A stretch of DNA of 64,000 nucleotides from Heteronotia binoei. Lineage: Eukaryota. Within the stretch, counting starts at the first letter, position 1; each line of letters starts with the position of its first letter. A program made the translations under genes and the position numbers. The notes beneath the pieces were generated by a model, which saw only the letters and a program-made list of their open reading frames with translations, searched no databases and was not told the DNA's origin. The stretch is from positions 134,168,001-134,232,000 of the forward strand of contig NC_083225.1 of the NCBI RefSeq assembly GCF_032191835.1. Direction: 5' to 3'. Shown in pieces: positions 12,171 to 25,079 of this stretch.

Positions 12171-12847
12171 AGAGGGCTGCTGCTGAACAGTAGTTGCTTG
12201 CAATCATGACTAGGGTAGCCAACCTCTTGGTGGAGCCGGAAGATCTCCTGGTATCACAACTGAACTCCAGACACCAGATCTCTCCCCCCCCCGGAGAAAA
12301 CAACTGCTTTGGAGGATGAACTCTATGGCTTTATATTCAGCTGAGGCCTCTCCCTTTACTGAGAGAACCAAGCTTGGTTGCCTAGCAACAGCTTAAGCCT
12401 AGCAGCTTCCCCAGTGGCCCAATCCTTATCTGTCCTGGGGTGATGCTAAGGGGAGGAGGGATGGAGGGAGTAACAGGAAAGAGGTAGCCACCATGGCCTC
12501 TGAGGAAACGCTCCTGGCAGGGCCAGGCCTTGCCACCTAGTCATATTACCTCCTTGGTTCCCTGTCTTTTTGTTGTCTTGCTGCTGCTGCCTATTTTCAC
12601 TTCTGATTGCCACAGAGAGTAGATAGGCAACAGCAAATGGGAGAAAGGAATGGACTCAACCAATGGATGATCAGGTGAGTTGTCCCAAGTACCTTAGGGA
12701 TTTTATTAATAGGAGAGATAAGCATGAAACTCACTGTCTGATTCAGTGTGACTGATTCCCCCTATATGTTTTAAATTCTTAATGACAATTTCAAGAAAAA
12801 GATTAACATGCTTGATCATCACATCTGTGTTCTCTGTTTTTTTAAAG

Positions 12848-12915
12848 GGTCACCAATACCAGTGGGCATTGATGTACAAATTGAAAGTATTGACAGCATT
12901 TCAGAAGTTGACATG
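12848..12915 (+). CDS. GABRR3: GABRR3 exon (GSPIPVGIDVQIESIDSISEVDM)
   Basis: ttttaaag|GG, ATG|gtaagc; 68 bp, phase 1 to phase 0. Confidence 0.95.
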
Positions 12916-13179
12916 GTAAGCTTTTCATCACTCATCTACAGCTGTGATAATCAGAATCAGATTAGATAATCAGATTAATCAGATTAGGGATCACTTCTGA
13001 GTTGCAGGAGAGGAAGCACAAAAATCTGCTGTCCAAATGTTGGTATTGAATCAATACAGTTTCAGATATAATTGTAATAGTTCCATATAAAGTTGACAGC
13101 TGGTTGGGTGCAGGTAAGAAATTCAATCCTTGGTGTCTCCAATTAAAGGCTCTTGGGTAGTATTTATTCCGATGCAGGA

Positions 13180-13312
13180 NNNNNNNNNNNNNNNNNNNNN
13201 NNNNNNNNNNNNNNNNNNNNNNNNNNNNNNNNNNNNNNNNNNNNNNNNNNNNNNNNNNNNNNNNNNNNNNNNNNNNNNNNNNNNNNNNNNNNNNNNNNNN
13301 NNNNNNNNNNNN
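13180..13312. other. Assembly gap (133 N), adjacent to a tRNA-SINE head
   Basis: N run. Confidence 1.
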
Positions 13313-14049
13313 GTCAGTTTCATCCAGTTTTATGCTACATGAAGGTGTTTAATGTATAGGAAATATGTAACACTTGTAGCAATGCTGGAAATTTGCATTT
13401 TTCTGGGTCTGTCTTTCTCCTTGTTATCCTTTTAGATTACAGTATTTTAGCACTTACACAATACTTTCCCATTTCAAAAGTGGTCTGAGTACATTAAGTT
13501 GCAATCCTAATACCTTTGTAATGGTAGGCCAGTATTATCACCTATGGCAGCTGTATGTGTGTGGAAGAGGTGAAGTTGATGCTTAGACAGAGTGGCTTGT
13601 TTAAGGTCATACAGTAAGTTTCTTTCTGCTACTTGGTGATTTCTGCGGTTTCTTTGTGATGCAGTTCAATAGAAAGTGATCTTTGTCAATGATGTTTACA
13701 TTCACTGAGTCTTTGCATCTTTCATACATTTAGAATCATACAGACTATGGACAGTGTGCTGTGCTCACTGGGAAGTTTTATCCTTGCTCTGTTGCTTTAA
13801 AAAATTGGGCTTGCAACAGTGGTGTAGTAAGGGTGTGCAGGGCAACTGAACCCAATCAAAACTGTCTCTTTGTCAGAGCCAGAAAGGAGAAACACAAGTG
13901 CATAACTGGTCATAAGAATATGAACTTTAAGTTAATTTGTGTATATTACTGGGCTGCAGTCTAATCAGCACTGCAAAAAGTATCAGTTCAGGATTCTGGT
14001 ATGTATGGGGGAGAGGCAACTAGAAGAGTTGCTGATAGAAACCAAGGAC

Positions 14050-17000
14050 GTTTGGCTATTAAGAATTCTGGAAAGGAAAACAAAGAGAGAGTGCCTGTCT
14101 TTTTCTCTTCAGGTGCAGATGCTTGCCCAAGGGTTTCCAGTGCTCCTGGGGAGGGGAAGATATGACGGTGGGAATAGACAGACACATAAGGGAAGGAGAC
14201 AGAGACAAAATGGTGCTCGGCCACCTTCCAGTCTACTTCCCATCCCAACGGTGGCAGGTAGTGGGGCCAAGAGGAAATGCTCGTCTCCGTCACTGGTGTT
14301 ATGCAACGCCAGGTCCATTAACAATAAGACCTCGACCCTTAGGGAGTTTCTACTCCAACAGGATGTGGACCTGGCTTGCGTGACCGAGACCTGGGTGCGG
14401 GATGGAGAGACAGTAGCTCTTTCCCAGATGACCCCCCCAGGTTACTTGGTCTTTCACCAGTCACGGAATAACGGGCGGGAGGGAGGGGTGGCGTTGTTCA
14501 TATGGGAGGGTTACTCCTTTCGGGCTCTCCTGGCCCCAAAGATCGACGGTATCGAATGTGCCGGTCTGACGTGGGATGTTGGAGGGGGGTTGGCGATCTG
14601 GCTGGTGTACCGTCCGCCTAATGCACCAGCTAGCGCCTTACCATCACTATTGGAGGCAGTGGCGGGCTGGGCATTGGAGTACCCGGGGCTTATGGTCCTG
14701 GGCGACTTCAATGTCCATGCTGATGACACGGCCTCCACTCAGGCGATGGACCTAGTGTCTTCCATGGTGACACTGGGGCTCTCTCAATTTGTCACAACTC
14801 CCACGCATCAGGCCAGACACATATTAGACCTGATCTTTGCGTCTGGGATTTTGGTGAACGATATCGCAGCTGAAGCCATGGTTGGATCACCTAGCCCTTA
14901 AGGCCTGTATGGGCGGAGACCCTATTTTGGCTGGCCCCGGGGCCTGATGGACCCGGAACGGTTCCAAACAGCCCTGAGGGATCCCTGGCCCACTGGCAAT
15001 TCCCTCGATGACCTGGTGGAAGTCTGGCAAGGCCAGCTATCCAGGGCCATCGATGAAATTGCACCTCGGCGCCCTCGTGTGACGCTGGCTCCATGGTATA
15101 CCTTGGAGTTGCGCCAGCTGAAACAAGGGCTCAGACAACTAGAGAGGCGGTGGAGGCATACTCGGGATGAAGCGACGAGAACATCCTATAGAAGGTTTAT
15201 GAGGTCTTATGAGATGGCAGTTAAGGCTGCAAAGAAAGACTACTTTGCAACCAAGATTGCATCTGCAAATTCACGCCCAGCACAATTGTTTAGAGTAATT
15301 GGGGATCTTATAACATTGCCACAAGGCAAACCAAACGTTAGAGAATTAGAGATAGGCTGTGAGGCATTTGCGAAATACTTTGCAGATAAAATCTCGTCGC
15401 TCCGCCAAGACCTGCCTATCACATTAGATACAGTAAGTGAAATTGAGGCTCCGCGCCTGTCTTTGGATTTAGTGCTGGGCCACTTCGAGCCACTCAGCCT
15501 GGAGGAAGTCGATGGAATCCTCTCTGCTGCCCGCCCAACAACATGTGATTTGGACCCTTGCCCCTCTTGGCTGATTAAATCTTGCCAGAGGGAGCTTAGA
15601 TGTCCTTTACGGGACATCATAAATAGATCCCTCCTAGAGGGGCGTTTTCCAACACCTCTGAAAGAGGCCTTGGTCCACCCCCTCCTGAAAAAATGTACAG
15701 CAGACTCGGCCGAATTGGCAAATTATCGACCGGTGTCTAATTTACCATTTTTAGGTAAAATTATTGAGAGGGCAGTGGCGTTGCAGCTACAGAGGTTTCT
15801 AGATGACGCTTCTGTCCTAGACCCGTGCCAGTCTGGTTTCCGGCCGGGCCATGGGACGGAGACGGTCCTGGTCGCCTTGGTAGATGACCTCCAGCAGCAA
15901 CTGGATCGAGGCGGTGTGGCGGTGCTGATATTACTAGACCTGTCGGCGGCATTTGATACAGTCGACCATCAGCTACTGATCCACCGCCTCGCCGACATAG
16001 GGGTTAGGGGGTTGGCCTTACAATGGCTTTCCTCCTTCCTCATGGGTCAGTGACAAAGGGTAGCGATTGCGGGTGAGCGGTCCCAGAGGCGCACACTAGA
16101 TTGTGGGGTGCCTCAGGGAGCAGTTCTCTCCCCGATGTTATTTAACATCTATATGCGCCCCCTTGCCCAGATTGCCTGGAGGTTTGGGCTGGATTGCCAT
16201 CAATATGCAGATGACACCCAGCTCTATCTGCTAATGGACGGCCGGCCCGCCTCCGTCCCAGGGAATCTGGACCAGGCTTTACAGGCTGTTGCAACGTGGC
16301 TTAGGCTGAGTGGGCTGAAGCTGAACCCGGCGAAGACAGAGGTTCTCTGTGTGGGTCGTGGCGCTCTGGGGAAGGAAATATCTCTCCCGGCCTTCGACGG
16401 GGCGCCGCTGAAGGCGGCGCAACAGGTAAAGAGCTTGGGTGTTTTACTGGAGCCTTCACTATCAATGGAGGCCCAGATAACAGCCACTGCCAAGTCAGCA
16501 TTTTTCCATCTGAGGCGGGCGAGGCAGTTGGCCCCTTTCCTAGAGCGTGGGACCTAGCAACAGTGATCCATGTGATGGTCACCTCAAGACTGGACTACTG
16601 TAACACCCTCTACATGGGGCTGCCTTTGTGCCGGACCCGGAGGTTGCAGCTAGTGCAGAATGCGGCGGCCAGGCTGCTGCTAGGTCTCCCAAGGTGGGAG
16701 CATATACGGCCGGGGCTACGCGGACTGCATTGGCTGCCGATTGTATACCGGGTCCAGTACAAAGTGCTGGTCATTACCTTTAAAGCCCTATATGGCCGAG
16801 GACCGACCTACCTGAGGGACCGTCTCTCCCCGTACGAGCCCCAGAGAGCACTGAGGTCAGTAGGAAAAAACAAACTGACCATCCCTGGGCCAAAAGAAGT
16901 TAAACTTCAGAATACCCGCGCACGGGCCTTTTCCACCGCGGCCCCATACCTTTGGAATCAGCTCCCAGAAGAGGTGCGGGCCCTGCGGAATCTTGATCAG

Positions 17001-17330
17001 TTCCGCAGGGCCTGCAAGACCACCCTCTTCAAGCTGGCGTTCATGAACTGCTGAATTATAGTTTGTAACAAAGGAAAACGCCAAAACGGTTCGGTTCAGG
17101 GACCTTTGTTATTATTATGTCAACTGACAGGGATAGCGTCAAAACAACAATGTTACTGTCAGATTTAGTAATGTTTTAATTAAGTATTGACTGGTTTTTA
17201 AATAATGTTAATCTAATGTTTTTATCCACTGTATTGTTTGCTTATGGATGTTGTTAGCCGCCCTGAGCCTGCTTCGGCGGGGGAGGGTGGAAAATAAATA
17301 CAATTTTTATTTATATTTATTTATTTATAA
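14050..17330 (+). mobile_element. L2-clade LINE, near-complete ORF2 (APE endonuclease plus RT), inactivated
   Basis: APE motifs CNARS, TETW, VYRPP, GDFN, LDLIF; RT motifs NYRPVSNLPF, LLDLSAAFDTVDH, PQGAVLSP, YADD; C-terminal SRLDYCN...WNQLP. Frameshifts near 14880-14945 and 16550, in-frame TGA at 16051, L2 tail ccgccctgagcc...(ttta)n. The 5' boundary is approximate. Confidence 0.93.
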
Positions 17331-17656
17331 TAAACCTGGGGAAGGAGGTGGTTTCATAATGAAGCTTCAAGGGTTGGGAAGGATTGAATTCCTTCTCTCT
17401 TTCTTCCTGCAGCCTCAGTCCAAATCAGGGCCCTTGAAGCTGCAGTTTCCTTTTTAAAGAAGTAGTGGGAAGAATCTCGTCATGGATTTTGCAACGTCTT
17501 GCCTGGGTTAGTCCCAAAGAGATACAACAACAGAGTGAACCCAGCTCAAAGTCTTTAGCATTGGGTACTTTTACAGATAATGTTATAGTGACTAATTAAT
17601 ACCTGGTGGATTATTTAACTCCCTCTTAATTTCCTTTATATTTCCTTTGCATGAAG

Positions 17657-17880
17657 GATTTCACGATGACTTTATACCTCAGACATTACTGGAAAGATGA
17701 AAGACTTGCATTTCCTAGCACGCGAAACAAAAGCATGACCTTTGATGGAAGACTCATAAAAAAGATCTGGGTACCTGATGTATTTTTTGTGCACTCCAAA
17801 AGATCATTCATCCATGACACAACTGTAGAAAATGTTATGCTACGTGTCTACCCAGATGGCAATGTTCTCTTCAGTTTAAG
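17657..17880 (+). CDS. GABRR3: GABRR3 exon, loops D/A/E (DFTMTLYLRHYW...VHSKRSFIHDTT...FSLR)
   Basis: gcatgaag|GAT, TTAAG|gtaagt; 224 bp; contained in ORF 17651-17884. Confidence 0.96.
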
Positions 17881-17968
17881 GTAAGTACAATGTCCTTTCC
17901 CCCACAGTTTCAGGACAGCAAATACAGAAGTGGGAAGAATGCCAGTTAATTGTGATGTAGACATTGGG

Positions 17969-18072
17969 TGTGTTCAGACTACACTAAATAATGTGTTTTG
18001 CATGTGGATTTTTGCTATTCTTACAGTAAAAATCCAATTGCAAAATGCATTATTTAGTGTAGGGTGAACACA
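17969..18072. mobile_element. Fold-back MITE, about 104 bp, almost entirely inverted repeat
   Basis: tgtgttcagactacactaaataatgtgttttgca versus RC of tgcaaaatgcattatttagtgtagggtgaacaca (30/34), extending inward. Confidence 0.75.
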
Positions 18073-21000
18073 AAGAACAGGCATGGAAGGTCTATTTACA
18101 AGAGCCTGTGATAACAATCACAGATTTCTACCACTCAGGGCATATCTACACAATATACCCAACATACTGGGTCATGGGCAAGTTACTGGACATAGATAGA
18201 CATACATGGGGGGTAGAATAACTTTAAAAAGTGCTCATTCACTTTGAACTGAGGGGAAGTACTGTGGCTGATTCTGCACTACACGCTTGTGTTGGTGTTC
18301 AGTCGAGTCTGTTTCCCCCAACTCAGATTATTTATTTCTGCAGCACAGCCTCCCCACCCAGTACATCCCTGGGATTGGTTTCTGCACTAACATTATCCCG
18401 GAGCATTCCCTGTAGCTCTTCCTGTCGCTCTTCAGTGTTTCTGTCATTGAAATCTCCACCTCCTGGGTTTTTTTCCATTGGAGGCGTGGTTTTGATACAA
18501 AGCGACCAATTGTCAACAACCTTACAGGCTGCATTGTTTTATGTGGTTGCTTTAAACCAGCATGCTGATTGGCATGCTGATTGGCCGCCAGTGCTTGAAA
18601 CGCTTTGTTTTCAATAAGGTTTGAGAATCGCCATTTGCCCCAAACCTGCTCCTGCAGTATGCCAACAAATGGCAGTGTGGCAGTAAACTGACATCAGAGA
18701 GCACCTGTAGAAATAGAAGATAATAAAGTCCATGGGGAATGCTGCTCTCCATTGAACATTATGCTAAAAAGAGTGGAGGGGAGAAGGTTTCTCTTGCAGA
18801 GAGTGTGGGGGCCAGAGAGATGGGAGAAAGAGCAGAGAGATGGGAGCTTCCCCCCTTCTCACCTATGTTACTGTCCATCACCACAAGCCTCCTGTCTCTC
18901 CCCCCCACCTCCCGGTGCCTACAGGGTGCCACTGGGCACTCCCCAACCCACCCTGCTGCTCTCAACTTTCCAAGTTGTAGATGTGGGAAGCTGAGAACAG
19001 CTGGAAGGTGTGCCAATGTGAGCTCTCCTCCGAGACTGGCTTCTTGCAGGGAGAGAAGTTTCCATTTCCCCTCCCACTCAACTTTTGGTAGCAGAAAAGG
19101 TGGGGAAGGTTTCGTCCTTTTCTCTAGTTCCATGTGCCCTAGGAAGAACAAGAGTTATATGACTGCAAATTCCACAGTTTTTGATGCATAGTTTAAAAGC
19201 AGAGACTGGGGACTTCTTCCAATAAGGTCAGAGTATTAAGTTGTTAGTTCGGTAGAAGGGGATCTCCAGCAACAGGATTTTGGGGACACTGCAAGAGTTC
19301 AAGAGGCAAGAAGGCTGTATTCCATGAGTGAAAATCTTTCCACTCATAGACGAATTATGTATGTTTTGAACAGTGCAAGGCACTATATACATTCTAAGTC
19401 TTATCATATAAAAAAGAATGTAATGTATTTCATCTAAGCTTGAATTCTCCCCTTAATGTTTGGTTGACCACTATACCCTGTGGTATATGGTTGATTATAA
19501 ACTGTGGCTTGATCAGACTTTTATGACATCTGAATGCAGACCAAACTTGGATTTCAAAATAGGGATTTTATCTGGTGTGTTAACCACAATTTGTGCTAAT
19601 TGAGATTTGTTGCTTGAAATAAGATTTATGCTTGAATTCAACAGTCACAGTTCATTGAATGGCAACACCATTTGTCTTTAGGAATGATTGCCTCCCTGTT
19701 GAGAGGCAAAGGGCTTATACACACACTAGGATTAATTTAATTTAAAATATGTGTACTCCACTCTACCAACTCAATCCCAAGCAGCAAAAGCAAATCTGAC
19801 CGTTCTTATCTGTATCTGGTCCTGTTGTGTGGGGTTTTTTGATCTATACACTAGTGGCCATGTTCAGAATTAGATAGAAAGAAGTAAAGATATGCTATGT
19901 AACAACATATATATCTGTGCTACGCACTGAATATATTAAGCAAACATTCCAATATAACATCTTACAGAAGATGAACCACTGTTTTAAAACCAGAACAGCT
20001 TTTATTTTGCAAACTGTGTATGTAGATGTTTAATCACCAGATCAAGCTATATAAGATAATCCTAAACTTATGTGGTAGCATTTCTCCTGTGATGCTACTA
20101 TAATGCTGACAGTGTCGTGTGTTGACACACCTGATTCTAAACAGTTGTAGAACTGTTGTATTCCTATTTGGTTGCAGTCCTTCTATCTCTTACTCCAACT
20201 TAAGCAGCAATAGCCTTACACTGTATTGTATTGATTGTGTCCCATACATCTCAGCCTGCCTTTTAGATAGATCATATGTCTAGTAGCATAGCATAAAATG
20301 GTTGCAGGATTGCGGCCAAGCCTATATAGTAAGGTGCATTACTGTTAGGGCTAGAACAAGGAGTGCTGTCGCATTTAGAAGTATTTCTAGGGCTTCAGAT
20401 AAAGAGGTTTGCTTGGTAACTATGTCCTCTCAGGTTGCTGAGTGTTATTGCTCCCCCCAGAAATGGTAGTCCTATAAGCATTAGTTAGCTTTTGCCTGGG
20501 TCTTAACCATGTTCATTTCATTGTTAGTTCTGGCACTTGTCAGAGCTTGCCTTCCTGTCTGCTGAATTTTCTCCTTTGTTCTGGAAACTTGTTACTTCCC
20601 CCCTTCCCCTTCTGTCCATAAAGCTGCCTAAGGCCAAACAATACCACAGCACTAAATGTGAATTCATTTTGTCTTTTGTCAAAGATGGACAGTATTAATT
20701 AACAACAGTTCTGTGGTATTGTTCAACCAAACAATGATTGCACTTCACTTTCAGTTTTGGCAACTGTGTATGCGGAAAAGATTAAACAACTACAGCGATG
20801 AATCAGGGGGAAAACAGCACTATTTGCACCTGTTTGCAAAGACTATGGAAAAGTGGGGAGAGACCGAGAAGGGAAGTACATGATAGGACGCGGTATCTGT
20901 CATGACCATGCCTAGGCAAAAGCCAAATTTGGCCTTGAACTTTTAGAGTGCTATAAGGGAAATCCTGTCTCTGAAGAAGAAAACAGGATGGTTTCAGAAT

Positions 21001-21225
21001 GGCTGCCCATTTAAGCCTGAAATCCACAATAGGCAAAAGCTGCATAGGTGTTCTTCTGTCTCCTTGGCAATAGAAGAAAAAGCACAGGTGCTCACTTTCT
21101 GCCCAAGTGGTTTGAATTTCTTTGAAGTCTCTCAGTTTATCGACTTTACAATTGTAACACACAGTTTTAACACATTCAACAATAAAGGTTACTTCTTAAT
21201 TTGTACTGTATTACTTTTCTGACAG

Positions 21226-21308
21226 GATAACGGTTTCAGCTATGTGCTTCATGGACTTCACTAGGTTCCCACTAGACACGCAAAACTGCTCTCTAGAATT
21301 GGAAAGCT
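21226..21308 (+). CDS. GABRR3: GABRR3 Cys-loop exon (ITVSAMCFMDFTRFPLDTQNCSLELES)
   Basis: tctgacag|G, AGCT|gtaagt; 83 bp; C-x13-C signature. Confidence 0.96.
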
Positions 21309-21443
21309 GTAAGTCTGTCTTGTTTTTCATACACTATATTTATATATGTTTTTAAATAGGAGATATAAAATACATGAGAGCATTTGGCCTCTTAAGACTT
21401 GGTTGGGCTCATCAAATGTTCTTGAAAATATTCTCTCAAGAAC

Positions 21444-21600
21444 CAGGGGTCGTTTTGTAGAAAAATAGGTGGTGGAACTTATTCAGGGATTGTTATGCAG
21501 CTGCACCTACTATTCAATAGGCAAGGTGGGAAGGAGGGGGAACCCTCAGAAATGTTCAGAAGCTGTGCTCCTATGAGCTCCTACTGAATTCCTAGGCCTG
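21444..21600. mobile_element. hAT MITE
   Basis: caggggtcg...ggcctg; 8-bp TSD tcaagaac / ccaagaac. Confidence 0.7.
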
Positions 21601-22339
21601 CCAAGAACTATGCGTGTTTGTGAAAAGAAACAGAATAGTACTCTCTTCTCCTTAAGGAAAGAGGGAAAGATATAGGACAGCAGTGTTGTTTTGTATTTTT
21701 CTTAGTTTAATTTTGTGTAACTTAATGCTAACAAAATCAGTAGAGGTCATTGATTTGTGTATGGGTATGGCACCAGAACCTTTTTTTAGCTTCAAAAGTC
21801 CCTCAGTCTTTCTTCTTAGGGCTTGTCTCTAGACCCGATCATCCTCATTGCTATCCTCTGTACCCATTCTATTCTGTTCATATCCTTCCTGAAGGGAGGC
21901 CTCCAGAACTGTCACTGCATCACACTGGCTGCTTGTATTAACTTATGGTCCCCCTGTACCTCAAGATCTTGTCCACACACACTGCTACTCAGAAATGTAT
22001 CCCCCATCCAGTATGCATGTTGCTCATTTTTGTTACCTAGATGTAGAACTTAGCACTTTCCTTGTTAAATTGCATCTTGTTCACTTCCACCCATTCAATT
22101 CTATATCTTCTATATGAAAGAATCAAATAATGAAATAGTCCCATTTGGAACTAATATAAAAAATGAAATAAACTCCTGTGCACAAGTTCTCACCACCACT
22201 AAGCAATACTGGTGATTCATGTTCAGAGTTTTGTGTTTTCAGTTTAGTTTTAAATGTATTTTAAGTTAAAAATGTATGTGCTTTTATTAAATTCAAAAAC
22301 AGCAGACATGAGATCATTCATTTTTTCATCTTCTAACAG

Positions 22340-22480
22340 ATGCATACAATGAAGAAGACTTGATGCTTTACTGGAAGCATGGCAATGAATCCCTCAGCAC
22401 AGATGAGCACATCTCCCTTTCCCAATTCTTCATTGAAGAATTCAGTGCTTCTAATGGACTTGCATTCTACAGCAGCACAG
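22340..22480 (+). CDS. GABRR3: GABRR3 exon, loops B/F/C (YAYNEEDLMLYWKHG...FYSSTG)
   Basis: tctaacag|AT, ACAG|gtatag; 141 bp. Confidence 0.95.
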
Positions 22481-22734
22481 GTATAGCTCTGCACATGATC
22501 AGAAGCAGTTTGTTACCATTATTTCACATGATCCAAGTCCTGACTCTTGGCACTAAAAGAAGTTTCCAGTGCCATACTTTGGCTCAAATTAAGTGTAGCT
22601 TTGCATAGTTCGTTGTAATAGTTCACATAACTGCTATCAGTTGATGATAGTATAGTCAATACTTTTTTTGCATTTTGTGTGCATGTGTGTGCACGTGTGC
22701 CTGCAAGTCATGGTGATCTTTGGCAACTCCTACT

Positions 22735-22890
22735 GGGGCATAAAGGACGTTCAGCTAAGTGGCTTGATAGCCTGCTTCTGTCACCCCACCCTGGTATTCT
22801 CTGGAGGTCTCCCATCTACTTGCCAGGATCAGCCCTGCTTAGCTTCCAAGATCCAACAAGAACAGGCTTTCCTGAGCTACCCAGGTCAGA
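22735..22890 (-). mobile_element. 5S-derived SINE fragment
   Basis: ctggtattctctggaggtctcccatc...gccctgcttagcttccaagatc matches RC of 5S rRNA. Confidence 0.7.
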
Positions 22891-22944
22891 GCATAGTGTC
22901 TGGCAACATACATCACACAAGGCAATGGTATAATTAATATTGAT

Positions 22945-23354
22945 CAGGGCCAGTGCATGGGAGTAGGCAAAGTAGGCAGTCACCTAGGGCACCACCTGGC
23001 CTAGGGAGCACCACTGGGTGCCCCCTCCCTGACACATAACTCTGGCTCCTGACCACTGTCACCTAGTCCTCTCCCTTCACCAAGCTGCCCTCAACAAAGC
23101 CAAGCCACCTCCCTCTCCCCGATGTGTGACTTGGCCTCCCACCTCATCCTGTCCTGCCACCCTCCTTCCTAACATGGCCGGCAAGCACTTATTCTCACAT
23201 TTTTTTTAAAAAAAATTAAAAATCAGTAAATTAAAAATGTGAAAAGTTTCAAGTTTGGCACAATTCAATTTCCCTATGTTTTTAATAATTGGGGGGGGGG
23301 GGGGCGCTAGTGGGTGATTTGTCTAGGGCGCCAGAAAGCCTAGCACTGATACTG
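22945..23354. mobile_element. hAT-like MITE, degenerate TIRs
   Basis: cagggccagtgc ... gcactgatactg; no TSD. Confidence 0.5.
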
Positions 23355-25079
23355 ATGATAGTATTGTCCTATGCAGATGACTAAAAATTCTGGGAATATG
23401 GAGGGGGAGCATGATTGCATTCATCAGCTCTGTTTCTGAAACACCCCCCTCCCCCCTATTGATCAGATCTTCTATTGAGGCTCTGCTGTACGTCGAACCC
23501 CCAGTCAGTATAATGAGACAAGCAGACATGATTCTTCACCACCCTCTGCATGTTATTCATCCATGGATTTTAGTCATTTTGCACAAAGTATATGCCTATT
23601 TAATAATCAAGGCTAATGAGTTTATTAGAAGTAATTTCATATTATTATAAAATGAATACAGCTTTTGAACATTATAAAATATTTTTTTTTAACATACATC
23701 AAGCCAATTGTTTATAGATTTACTTACAACATTTTAATTACAGAAATACCTGATATTTGTCATCCGAATGGCTGGAAAATAAAAAGTTTACAAGTATGTT
23801 TATCACTAAAGTTAGTATGCATGATTGTATGTATAAAGCTCAAATAAACAGCTTCCCCAGAGACATATAATTGACACATGGATTTTAGTTTCCTCTATTG
23901 TAAGGGATTTCCCCTGCAATTAATTTGATGTCCTCTATAAAAGCAAGTCTACAGTTAGTTTTCCTCCTTTACTCACTATAAGCCATATTGTTATTGCTCC
24001 ATGTACTGTGTTAGTAGCTAGCTAAGTGGCCGTCCCCTAAGGGTGCTGCTGATCCAGTAATCAAACACCGCCCTGAGCCTGTTTCATCAGGGAGGGCCGG
24101 ATATAAATAGAACTAAACAAACAAACAGGAAAACAGTGCATTTAATTAGGAATAACAGCAAGTGTGATTATGAAATATCCCTTAAGCCTTTACTCATGAA
24201 TAGCAGTGCTGATCTCACACAGTGTTCTGTTTCAATGCAGATTAAATGGCATTGTGCAGTTGTGTTTAGTAGCCTGTATTCTGGTAATGTTGTCTTTATT
24301 CCTTATCATTTAGCAGTGGTCTGATTCTATCTATCTGTGATCCTGCATCATTTTAGAAATGGTGGTGTTTTGCTATTGTTATATATTATATGCAGATTTA
24401 CAGAACAGAGATTTATTGAAATTGGACCGTAAGTTCTCTTTGATGGTTTCTGTGCTATTAAAGTTCCTTTCCTCCTGAAAGTTTCACCAAGAAGCCATCA
24501 TTTCTTGTCAGCTCTTACCACACTGTTTAAGAGATGCTGCAATGCTTAAATAGGCCAAGTATGTAGGACAAACCAAAGATTTAGTTCAATGGGAGTAGCC
24601 TATAGCATTGTTTTTTGGTTTCTGATGTATCTACAGAAGGTCACAGGATCCAAAGAACCTATAATCTAATTCAACAAGCCCAAGAGGGCTTTGGATGGGT
24701 TTCCCTAGCAGAAGTCCTTCAAGTGTCACGACAAACTGCTTTGGAAATTCCGGGAAGGAAAAAGTACAAATAAAATCAAATCCAAACTGGTATATGCAAA
24801 TTTTTGAGTGCACCATAAAGTGGCTCTTCAGAATGCAGCTATGGTGTGTTCCATTCGCAATGGCAGTGATCTCAAAGTCAACCAGGTAAGCTTAAAAAAC
24901 TTAAAGGATTTTAAGCAAAGGGAAACAGACACTGGGGGAGTAAAGCTGCAGTATATAAAGACAATTCCAAATTCTAAGAATGATATTTAAGTAAGTAAAG
25001 TACACAGGAAGTATCAAGCACAGCAAAGTGGAAGAAAAACAGGGCAGAGATATTAATACATGTTTGTGTTTTTCAACAG

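Noticed and set aside
12950-12990. Short aatcag(att) repeats after the 12915 donor; microsatellites near 6800, 10860, 31236, 39197 and 59249
   Set aside because: Ordinary slippage repeats.
13939-17054. Active L2 or domesticated endonuclease/RT gene
   Set aside because: Multiple frameshifts, an in-frame TGA at 16051, and the SDH motif mutated and out of frame.
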